From Octopus sinensis (lineage: Eukaryota), in NCBI RefSeq assembly GCF_006345805.1, contig NW_021832123.1, positions 62,001 through 126,000 on the forward strand: 64,000 nt of DNA, given 5' to 3'. The notes beneath the pieces are model-generated. The model had not been told where the DNA came from and did not search any database. It saw only the letters and a list, made by a program, of their open reading frames with translations. The position numbers were made by a program, and so were the translations under genes. This document shows, in pieces, positions 1-10,678 of this stretch; position 1 is the first letter of the stretch, and each line of letters opens with the position of its first letter.

Positions 1-1180
1 TGCCCAACAAACACAACCTCATATACTCGGCCAATTTGCTGTAGTCGTGGGATGACAGGGCCAAGGATCGGTAGAATCGACGGAGGAAGGCATGTCCGAA
101 AAAGAAGACAAGCACGGAATAAAACGAGTTGAGAACACACCGGAAATAGCAAATGGGTGAGGGGGAGGAGGAGATTCCCAGATACCCCAATGCGTGGGAT
201 ATATTCTTCTCACACTCCCCCACCTCCCCCTCTCCCAGCACATAGTACGCCCTCTTCAAGTGCCACTTGGAGTTGAGAGTGGCCTCCGACTCCACCGACA
301 GGAGAGTGAAGGTGAGGATATTCAGCATCAGCACCATTAAGAGAAACAGATTGAGGAGAAGGGCCAGTGCCCACAAACCAACACTCCTCGCCAGGAAATA
401 CACCTCCTCCCCCCACACCCATCTCCCATGGCCGTGAGCAAGCAGAGCACGAGTACTCACCCCCTTCCCACCCCCCAGGAAGGCGGAGAAGGCAAAGGCC
501 ACATCCGACCCGGACTGCACAAAATACGAAAAGGGGTTGATCAGGAACACGACGAACACGAAGAAGCAGAGGGCAAACCGTCCCAAATCGAGGAATTCCG
601 TGCCAGAAGAGACGAATTCGCCGACCTCGTCTGAGGGGGGAGTGGAGGAGTGTCCGGGGGAGTTCTCCAGTTGGCGAATGCGGTGAGTCAGCAGCCCCAC
701 TTTATTCCGCAGATTGTTGATGGTGGCCACCGCCTCGTCCAGAATTGCCCCTTTGCTCATCTTCGAGGCCGACCCCATCACCACCTCTTTGAGGGCTGAA
801 ATTTTGTCGTTCAGATTCTGGCGGTATCTCCGCTCGATTAGGTGGTGGCCGGTTGGCTTTTTGGGGGGTTTGCTGCTTTTGTCTTCTTCCACTCTCTCCT
901 TTATGGGCTCCTGGTAGTCGTACGTGGACACGGGGTGAGACGGTCGTGACTGGGAAATGACCTTGAATTGTCACGGGGAATAAACCTGTTGGAGATCCTC
1001 GATGGAGAGTTGGACCACTGTTCTGGATCCGTCGTTTATAAGTTGGACTCCTTCGGGTGAGATGTACTCTCCGTAATAGTCTTGACCCATTTCGTGGTGC
1101 AGGGGGGGTGAGGGGTAGTTCAGATGATTGCCACTTCGGAAGTAGGAATCATAATTGTCGTTGAAATAATTGTCGTTCAT
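1..1180 (-). CDS. SREBP: Sterol regulatory element-binding protein (bHLH-Zip, membrane-anchored); 3' part runs off the window
   Basis: Not in the ORF track because it has no stop inside the window. ATG at 1180, a 24-nt intron at 962-985, then an open frame to position 1. bHLH HHLIERRYRQNLNDKISALKEVV carries the SREBP-diagnostic Tyr; TM1 GRFALCFFVFVVFLINPF resembles the RLALC..NP site-2 region; RALL is an RxxL site-1-like motif; TM2 is followed by KWHLKRAYYVLGEG..ISHALGYLG. Confidence 0.88.
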
Positions 1181-1310
1181 TTATGGATAACAACAATTGT
1201 GAAGAATGTTCAACACAACAAGAAACTATTTAGCAAATAAATAACTTGGAATTTAATTCAAATCTAGTTTCAATATAATTTAACCATATTTAAATTAAAA
1301 CCACAAATAA

Positions 1311-4300
1311 ATGCATCCTGTCCAAAGAACGACACCCTGGCGACTCTGAGAATATATACCATCACCTCCTAAAGCCTCTGAATGAGACCTTCGTCACAGT
1401 GACCCCCAATAGAAGGAGGTCTCAAAGTGACGAATATAATATATAAGCAGTTTCCATGACACCTAAGTACTACAATCTGATGGCACGACAAATTGTACAC
1501 AACTCGGTGGGGGAGTCCGACGAGGGGGGTCAGAGAATCTATTCGGAAAGACACTCAGAAGACATTGAGGAAGAAATCACATCCCTCCTCAATGACTCGG
1601 TGGAGGATAACCTCGACTTTGTGTGCAAATCCCTGCGGAAATTGTCAGTCGACCCGAATTGGACGAATCGACAGAAATTCCTGTCGTTGACCAAAACGTG
1701 CATAACCCAGCTGGGTCAGCAAGGAGACTCGTTCATCACCAGAATGATGCCCCACGTGATCAACCGCATTTGCGACAGTAAACTCTCAAATGCTCGCAAA
1801 GCCATGCGAGTGCTCCACCTAATGTTCAGGAAGTGTCGACAGGGGGCACAGAATCTGCTCAGATTGCTGGTGAAGCACGGACTCGAGTCGAGAAGTACGA
1901 CAATGCAGACCACCTGCGTCTCCAGACTGTCCATTCTGCTGACACACAAACTTGTTCATCTTGACTTTTCAGAACTCATCGAAAGTCTCGTGGCCAAAAC
2001 GGACAAAAAAATATTCCGTCCTTCTCAAATCAGGACTGCCCTCGAGTTTCTGGAGGAACTGCTGGGGGTGGATAACTTTCGGAAAAACGTTCTCCAGTTG
2101 AGTGAAGGAGGCGGGAAGAGTGCTACAATCTCCTGGCAATGGACGAGTCCTCGGTTGAAAACAAACAGGACGAAAAGAGTGTTTATTGCATTCCGGAAAG
2201 AATACTGCGTGGATGCTACGACACAAGTTTCCATGTTCGAGTCGAGTCCATGTCCGAACTGAAGGCCTTCTTCGAGCAGTCCGACCAACTCGACTTGGCC
2301 GACTCGGAGTTCAAAGTCATTTTCTCACATCTCCTGGCCATCTCGAAGGAAAAGAGTTGGCAAATCCTCGACCAGCTGCTGCAAGTGGCCAAGGCGATAT
2401 GCTCTCGCGTGAACCACCTCAGCGAACTGATGATTCGATCCTTTCTTGAACTCATCCTCGTCGACTCTCTCAGCAAGTCCCAGGGACTGAGAGCAAGTCG
2501 GTATTCCTTCATCAGGAGACTGAATGTCAAAGTCTCGTCCCCCAACTCCGTCCTCGAAGTCCTCAACGTGGTCATCCGACAGAACAAGGCCCACGTGAAG
2601 AAGGAAGCAATCGACCTCATCATTTACTTTGTCCTCCTCAATGACAATTCGGACGTACTACACCTCGAGTCTCTCTACAAAATCATTGTCGTGTCGATGC
2701 TCAACGACAACTCCCAAGTCCGTCTGGCGGCCATGGAATGTCTGGTGGTCCTCCATTCCGAGTCCAAAAAGCAGCGACACAAACTCAAAAAACTGATTGC
2801 CACTCTCCAGCCAGCAGAACTCATCCACGGGGGGACTGGCATCATCGACGCCTTCAAGACCCGACTGAATAGAAACGTCCTTCCCAGGATCGACAGGAAT
2901 GGCACTCTCGTGTATGGACTCGACATTCCCGATGTCAAACATGTCTCCCACGACGGCCCCTTCAAACTCCTCAGTGGAAAGGATGTCGACTGGGTTCTCC
3001 ACTCTGCCAAACCCGACGCCTTTAATTCTGGGACCAGAGGACGGCGAGGACCACATTCTGATGTCACGGAGGATCAGTCGCCGCGGATATGGAAGGGTGG
3101 CACATTCTATTTACATCTCAGACGACACCCTTCTCGCCAGAAAAAAGAGTGCCAAGGTCTCCTTGACCGACTCGGGTTGGCAATCTTCCCACTGAACTCA
3201 CAGAACTGAAATTCCCGGTGAAACCAATGCTGGCTCGAAGTGCAAGCAACAGGGCCAGTCAACATCTCCTCAACGAGTTTTCCCGTCAACGGAAATATTC
3301 CGAGGACAGTTCGAACGAGGTAGACTTAACGACATGAGTGCAGACACTGGGTTGTCGCAACCTCCGCAACAGTGCATCCCGCAAGATGGCGGACCGCATT
3401 TTCAACGACAGTGGATACATGACTGTCTGCGAAGAGAGTGTTCGGTGTAGCACTAACGAGGACCATTCGGAAGTCCCCGATGGAAAAAACGTGGACTTGC
3501 GGAGGTGGACTTGGTGAGATATGATAGGACTCTCCGAAGACACAAACAACCTAATCCAAAAGTCGTGGAGGTCGACGGAGAAGCCACCAAACTGCGGACT
3601 CTGAAAAACAAGGATCTCGTGAAAGGTAGAGGCGTGGGATTGTCCGAAGGAGTCCACTCATTCCGTCCCTTCAGTTTGGAAGAAGGCAAATACGTCCCTC
3701 CTTCTGGTCCGAGGATTGGGGAGACAGACAAGGAGGTCGAGTCGGAGGGAGGAGTGGAGGGTAAGGCAGTGTCGGCCACCTCAGTTACCCCTGAGTCCAA
3801 CACAAAGGGCGAACACAAGACTAATCACTTGACTGGACACAAATTGGTGTCGAAAGTGATCGAGTTGTTGCAGAATCCCGACTGGTAATGTTGTCTTGGT
3901 CAATTCAAGGGAGAAAAAGTGCGAGGGTCTCAACATGGTGGCCTCTTCGGTGACAGTCGGCAAATTAGTGATGGACCCACAAACACAGCACGCAGTCCTC
4001 CTCCTGATAATCCCCGAAGTTGAGTGTCGACTAACTTGAAGGTCAAAAATCTGCGCTCGCAAGTGTCGAGAACGGCCATCAACTGCATCTCGGCAATGTT
4101 CAGACACCTCAAGACAGACTTGAACTCAGTTTAAACGCGGAAATCCATTTCCAGGAACTCGACGGGATCACCCAAGTCCTGATGAGCAAGTCGAGCGAAA
4201 GTGGACAGTTCCTACAGAATGAGGTCCACGAAACTCTGACAAATATGATTGAGAACGTGACACCCACCCGCGCTGTCTGTGCCATCGTCGACTGCGGTGC

Positions 4301-5536
4301 CAAGTATCCCCTCCTCACATTTGTAGACATAAAAATGCTCAAACTCGCAAACTCGCCTCCAATCTGCTGCTCAGACTGGTCGAAATGATGGGCACAACCA
4401 AAGTTCTTGAAGGTTCCCGAGAAATCCTCCTTCGAGTCCTTCCGGCCGTTGCCTACTTCTTGTGCGACAACGAGCCCCTGACACGGTTGGGAGTCGGAGT
4501 GACTGGCAGGTACAACGCGAGGAAGACTGTGAGTGTGCTGATGGAACATCCCCACTTTGGTCGAATTTGCCAGAAAAACCTGACAGTCGTGTCAGCAAAG
4601 TTGATATCTGACACAGTCGAGGTCATTCTCAAAAAGGTCGCCCTCTGACCCCAGTGACAGGGACTGGACGAACCCCCTGCGGACACAGCCAAAGTAAGGC
4701 CGGGGGAAAACGCCTCCCACCTCTCCGAGTATTACAACAATCTGCGGATGAGGAACGACCCGAATGTGCTCGAACTGGGAAACATCCTCGACGACATTTC
4801 TTCCGCTGACCACCGTTCGCGGGAACGAGGGTTTGTCTCCCTCGATGAAATGGCGAGGACGTCCTTGAGTGCAGTCCTGTACTACCTCAAGAGAGTAGTC
4901 GTGTCTCCTATTGCCAGATTGTCGACCTGCTCGTGGCCAAACTGAACGAAGCCAGCACTCGCTCCAACATGCTCGCCCTGAACACAGCCGAGCAGCTGCT
5001 TCCGTCCATTTCTGCACACATCCCCGACTCCCTCATGAAAGTGTTCATTGCGGCAGTCATCAGACAACTCATGTCCAAAAACAAGGACATTCTCAACAAG
5101 ACTAACAACGTCATCAACATTCTACTCCAAAACATCGGTTTCCCTTTAGTTAGACACGTGACTCAGATCCCTCCGTTATGATCAACTCCCTCGTGGCCAA
5201 CTTTGTGAACGGGACATCCCTCAGCAAGCCCCTGATAGTCCTGAAGCTCGCAGGTTGTCCTTCCCACTCACTTCAGACTCCATTTCTTTGATGGACAAAA
5301 AAAGGTCAAAGGACATTTCCAATTATGTTTTCCCCCTCTTTTGGAAACTCCTCGAGGCCTGTTCTACTACTGGACTGACACTGGGTGGGGTGATCTCTCT
5401 CAGGGAGGCCACAGCCAAACTGGCCTTTGCCTTGCAAAATCACGTGGGACCCGCATTGATTGCGGCGGCCAAGACTAACAACAACATTTCCCCCAAAAAT
5501 TTAAAGTTACTTTTTGACCTCCTGGAACCTCAATAG
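1311..5536 (+). CDS. TOGARAM1: TOG array regulator of axonemal microtubules (Crescerin/CHE-12/FAM179B), many micro-introns
   Basis: Spliced TOG3-like segment DWEKKCEGLNMV..EVKNLRSQVSRTAINCISAMF..VTPTRAVCAIV and C-terminus FPLFWKLL..LREATAKLAFALQNHVGPALI match TOGARAM1. The start is uncertain (1311 needs a frameshift; 1456 is in frame), and there is an apparent 1-nt frameshift near 2113. Confidence 0.9.
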
Positions 5537-5750
5537 TGTAGACATATTAACAAACTTAAATGTATTTTCTAAAAGTAACGTAATGCGTTTCATTCTCTTC
5601 AATCCGTTATTCATAAGCAATAAGAGTAGGTCAAATTGTGAATAGGCAAGTCTAAAGAGGCAGACTAACACCTCCAATCAAACTATGTAGGAAATCAAGT
5701 CCCTATTATGGAGTTTTATTATTGAAGTAAAAGAAGCAAACTGTCAAAAA

Positions 5751-6087
5751 TTAATTAGCCTGTCTCGCTCTATTCCTACTGGCTTTCATAAAAGTGCGAG
5801 GATGTATTGGAAGGTACCCACAAATTCCTGAACAGTCAGGTAAATGACAGACCAATTATTTCTGAGAGGTGGTCACTGAGGGTGGCCCCTTCCGCCAACC
5901 AAAAGTTGAATCGATTGAGATTAATCGCCACAATTGTCTCGTTGAAGTTATTGGGCAGAGGATCGTAGTAGCCCAAACGTTCCAGTTGTTTTGGTTTGGG
6001 TGATTTGTCCTTCGACTCGACCACGCTAATTGCGAAGAATGGTCTATTCGCACAACCATGTCTAACCAGACGTATTGCACTTGCCAT
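5751..6087 (-). CDS. MRPS16: Mitochondrial ribosomal protein S16
   Basis: IRLVRHGCANRPFFAI..ERLGYYDPLPNNFNETIVAINLNRFNFWLAEGA; a 25-nt intron, then GICGYLPIHPRTFMKASRNRARQAN*. Confidence 0.92.
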
Positions 6088-6131
6088 ACGAATATTAATT
6101 TAAATTCTATTAGTACTCATAAAAATTGAAA

Positions 6132-6983
6132 TTATCGGTTATATCCGAAACCAGGACGAATGACGGTTCTCCGGTTCCGTTCACAAGTCATAAACAACTG
6201 AGGGAGGTCATGCATGGGGTGCCACTGTCCTCCCCCCTCTCGTATATCCCCCCATAGGGCACACTCTTCACAAAGTCACGGATATCATTCTCCGGAACCC
6301 AGACTGGCATGTCCAGGTCGAAGCCACACAATCTGCCCAAGTGGGAGTCCGCTGAGCCGGCGTGGGCAAAGAGAAGGAGACAGGGCTGGTCGGTCGTCCT
6401 CGTCCAGTGATCGACCACACTCGAACACCGGTCGTAATACTCTCGGAATGTCTCCTTTGTCGCATTCCGCAGATCGTCCACGGAATACACGGGCTTGTAC
6501 TCCAAATCGATGTTGAATCCCAGATCTGTCAATTCCTGTGGGGAACAAAAGTCTGGGAAGTCGTTTTTCCAGTAATACAGCCACTCGAACGAGCCCGGTT
6601 CCACTTTGATGGGGACACCTCCTGTCCCTCCGTGATAACCCAACAGAAAATTGTGGGCGGTCTCCACACAGCGGAAGGAAGAGGAGGCAAACACTTCCTG
6701 AAACTCGATCTGGTTATCCCTGAAGGCCTCCCCTACGAGTGGAGAGGGGGGAGTGAACCGAGGAGTCTTGCATGGAACTTGCCGAGTTGAGTCAAAGGAG
6801 AGTCATTTTGGTAGGCGGTGATTCCGTTCTTTCTATTTAGGAGACACCTTGGCATGTTCAAGTCAAATGGCTGGCCTGGAATGGAATGACGAGGATACCC
6901 GTGTACTTTGTCATCCAGTCTCTGCCGAAACACATGTCCACTCTCTCCCCATGCCTGATCACAAATATGTCTCGAATAGCCAT
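6132..6983 (-). CDS. Histidine phosphatase of the UBASH3/Sts-1/EPPase type (phosphatase domain only)
   Basis: MAIRDIFVIRHGERVD (RHG motif), DSPLTQLG, SSSFRCVETA, IKVEPGSFEW, LLFAHAGS; two micro-introns. Stop at 6188 as written, or 6132 if a G is missing from the run at 6232-6237. Confidence 0.82.
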
Positions 6984-8000
6984 CACAGTACCACAAATAT
7001 CAATTTAATGTTTTAATTAACATACTTACTTTAGATCGGGTTTTATTACATATACAACAAACCACCCGTGGAAGACCTACAAATATTTTCCCGATAGATG
7101 ATGCGATTGTGAAAAAAGCATCAAAATCCAAAACTAATCTGGTCAACCGACTCAACTGTTCCCGAAGAACCCACAAAAGCTTACATTCAGTCGGTGGGAT
7201 GTGGAGAACATTGGAGAATATGCGTGCTGAACATAAGTTTTAAATGGTCCAGTCGGAAGAATGCCTAATGGCTTGGTTCATAAATGGAACAAGCTTTGCC
7301 GAGTGTGCCCATCGAACTGAGAATGACCGCAGAGTCCAGCTCTGGTTTGAAGAGAAAGTAAATCGACTGAGAGCAGGCGCATTAAACTTAATCACTCTTA
7401 TTATTTCCCCTCTTCTGTACTTTTCTTTGTCACCCTCACCCAACAGACCACACAACAAGGCAGATAACTCGGTGAGAACAAATATACTGACAAATCAAAT
7501 GGATAAATGCAGCCGCAAACATCACTTCACAGCTGCACCGAATAAACTAAATAAACCATATCGTGATATCAAGTCGATTACGCAGTCGCTCCTAAACTGC
7601 AGGTTATCCACCAAACCTAGAAGAAGATCAAAAAAATAAGATTGTAGTTCCCGGACAGTAACGAAAGAGTAAATTGACTCCTCAATGATTAGAACGAATA
7701 AGGAACAGAATGAAACTTCCAAACCATGCCGAATTTATATCAAAGATGCAACATAGTTTTGACATTCTCGAATAAAGTCACAAACTCGCACGGAAATTGG
7801 GGAGAGTATTTCGCGGAATCCAAACACGAATAAACAAAAACTTCAATGGGGAAGGATAAGGAAATGAGAGTTTAATAAGGCTAAAAAACGGAGATAAAGT
7901 GCAGACGACGACTCGACGAATTTCTTAAATAATCCAGTTGTTAATTAAATAATATTTTAATTAAGTAAATTTTATACACGTTTCACTTTGTTTCGTGTTT

Positions 8001-8146
8001 GTACTCCTAATGATGATAATAAAATCTGATGTGTCGACCATGCAATAGTTTATATTTTATTATTAATTACTTTCTTAAATACTATATAATCATATATCCT
8101 GCATTGGTCGATTTGCTGATCTAGATTATGAGAGCTGAAGGAGTAC
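8001..8146 (+). ncRNA. Candidate box C/D snoRNA or scaRNA, intergenic
   Basis: Perfect 8-bp terminal stem GTACTCCT (8001-8008) / AGGAGTAC (8139-8146); box C ATGATGA at 8010-8016; box D CTGA at 8135-8138; internal CTGA at 8026 and 8116; internal 11-bp hairpin TCGACCATGCA (8034-8044) / TGCATTGGTCGA (8100-8111). Confidence 0.68.
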
Positions 8147-8248
8147 TAATGTAATTCCTTTATTTTAGGAGTGGCTTTAAGCAATAGTTAAATCAGGAAG
8201 TTAGTGATAGAGAAAATAAAGTACATGATTAGTTGATAGAAAAAATGA

Positions 8249-10651
8249 TTAGTTGAGAGCGTAGTATTCAACGTCGTCAAAGTCCGCCACCTCGTATCCC
8301 GACAGTCCAAAGCCGGCGAATATTCCTTCTGTCACGTCAGTTGTACCCTCATAAATCAGATGACCTTCAATCCTGGCAGTAATTGTATTATTCTGGAACT
8401 CATATAATAATCAAACGTGTGCACTGAACCTCATCGTTATCCATTCGGGTACGGGCAGTGTGGTGGCGTTAGGAATCCGTGCAATCAAGGACAGGCGTGC
8501 TAAAGGCGAGTCACAATTTGCGTATACCCAAATCGTTGTAGAAAAGTGCTTCGTTTGACTGAGTGTTGTAAAAAAAGAAAAGTCCTCTGGCATTGAAGGA
8601 ATTGAGTCCTCCGTTGATCATTCGCAGCATTACGAACGGCATCACATTCAATTTGGGCAATATTTTCACTCTAACGGAAATCACCGAACTAAGTAGAAAA
8701 AGCATGCCAACTTGAGGGCGGACGGGAACAGAGTGAATGGTGCGTTGCAAGGAACGGGTGTCCAAAATACGGGCAACGCAGGCGCCATTTGACGGTAGAA
8801 ACGATTCCCACTTTCCTCCATCACTTCGAACGACCCGCATTGTTGGGAAAGGTAGGGAGCCTCAGAGTTCACTTCAAGCTGTTCAAAATTCTCAATGAAG
8901 AAGTGAGGGAAGCCGGCGGAGGGCGGAATGCTGGGCAGAGTGATGTCGTTGGTGTCCCTCGTACTAAACGAATACACACAGTCCGGCTCGAATGTAAAAC
9001 TGAATTCTCCGTCCACGATCTGGCTTATACACACAAATCAACCTCCACGTCCGCCATTTTGGCAAATTTGTCGCCATCGTTGGTCAACTTGGTCCTCCGA
9101 ACGTGTAACACCGTATTATTCTTCGAGACTATGAACTTGTCGTTTATTACGGACTTGACTCCCTGAACAAGTAAACCAGCCATGCAACCGTCGTCTCCAC
9201 CAGAATTAAAAAGTCCTCTCGACTAGGACTGGCCAGAGTAACGTAGGACCCAAAGTCGGCAAACCCAGCAGATCTTTCCAAAAACACCCAATCCATATCC
9301 ACGTGATGTGTCACATGAGCTGGGCGGTTAAGTTCGTCAAATCACCAATTTCAAAGAATGGGACCCTGACGGAGAAGTGGTTGCTCCAGGGTTGCGAAGC
9401 GAGGATGATTCCCGTTCCGTAGTAGGGGAGGCCCGGGTTGTAGGACGAGGTGAGGCACCACGCGAGGAATCCCGTCAGAGAGTGTTGGATGTAGTTCCTG
9501 TTGAATCTCTTAGAATATGCATAAAAATGGGACACAGCCACGAATCCGCCGTAGAACTGGTCTTCGGAGGCGATCTGGGGTTTTCCCTGAGAGTTGTAGT
9601 TGTAGTGGTCATCAGGGTAATGGAGTCTGATTGGTAGACAGAAATCAACCCGACGATATCCACCAAATCAGCAAGTGTGGCATCATTCTCCATATCCTGG
9701 TTGATGGTGGAGATTCCGTCTGCTGCGATTATTTTAGTGTTCGGGCAGCATCGGTCGAGATTATCCCGCAGAATCTACTCGGCTCATCCCACAGTCCAAC
9801 CTGCATGTAGTTCTTGTTGTACAGTTTCTCATTCCAAATCTGTGAGTTAGTCCAGGAATAACCCCGATGGAGTCAATCGTCAAGTTGTGGTGTTCCTTCG
9901 CCCCAGTAATCCATTTGGTGGTGTAGTTCGCCAGTTTGTGCGGATGCAAGTACGGGTCTCTCAGCCAGGAGGGGAAGCACCAGGAGAGTCCGCTCAGATG
10001 GAGTTTGTTATTTAACTATAAATGAAGAATAAAGACGACATTTTTGGCTGTAGTCATGATTTTCCACTCGTATCCTCGAAAGTAGTTTTCGTCGTGTTCG
10101 GTGTGCATGTGAGAGGCCTCACTGCCGCCTGGAGATGTGGCACTACTGGCTCACTTGAGGATTCACAGTCGCCCCCAATTTCAACTTTGAGGATTTGCAG
10201 AGATGCTCCGTATTTGGGCTGACCTGATTTAATTAATGAATTACCCGGAAAAGTAATTCCATAATTTGGTCGAAATTGGAATAATTGGTCAAATATTTGG
10301 ATGTCGCCTAAGAATAAGTTGAGGGGAAACTCCGCCGCCGCTGATTGCGCCGATCCCCATGTATTTCGAGGTCTTTGGGTCATCCAGGTCGATGACAGTG
10401 ACCGATTCTGGGATGCCGTTGTTATCCAGGTTCAGCACACGGGGAAATTGGGAGATTTCGTTGTTATCCAAGTCGATGACAGTGACCGATTCCCAGTTTT
10501 CGTTGCTATCCAGGTTGATCACAGTGGGGAATTGGGAGATTTCGTTATTCAGGGCGATCCCACTGAGGGATTGCCAGGTCTCGTGATTATCCGAGTTGAT
10601 CGCAAAAGAGGATACCAAAACTGTGAAGACAAGCATTTGGATTGCTGCCAT
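8249..10651 (-). CDS. GALC: Galactocerebrosidase (glycoside hydrolase family 59)
   Basis: Signal peptide; spliced GIGAISGGGATSK, PKYGASLQILKVEIGGD, HMHTEHDENYFRGYEW, GLSWCFPSWL, IDSIGIWNEK, EAPYLSQQCGSFE and C-terminal FGLSGYEVADFDDV all follow the human GALC order; about ten micro-introns. Confidence 0.93.
10382..10591 (-). repeat. Coding tandem repeat (42-nt / 14-aa subunits, 84-nt higher-order unit) in the GALC N-terminus
   Basis: NNEISQFPTVINLD-SNENWESVTVIDLD-NNEISQFPRVLNLD-NNGIPESVTVIDLD plus a partial upstream copy; DNA repeats such as TCGATGACAGTGACCGATTC occur twice. Confidence 0.9.
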
Positions 10652-10678
10652 ATATTATGAATACTCTTATTGTTTTAT

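Noticed and set aside
2101-2120. Possible 14- or 17-nt intron in TOGARAM1
   Set aside because: Shorter than all well-supported introns and lacking a branch motif; a missing G in the GGG run is more parsimonious.
7022-7045. ATACTTAC resembling the U1 snRNA 5' end
   Set aside because: The downstream sequence has no U1 stem-loops or Sm site; it is simply the reverse complement of a GTAAGTAT donor.
7040-7930. Coding-looking region between the phosphatase and the C/D RNA
   Set aside because: I could not build a consistent spliced model on either strand or recognise a family.
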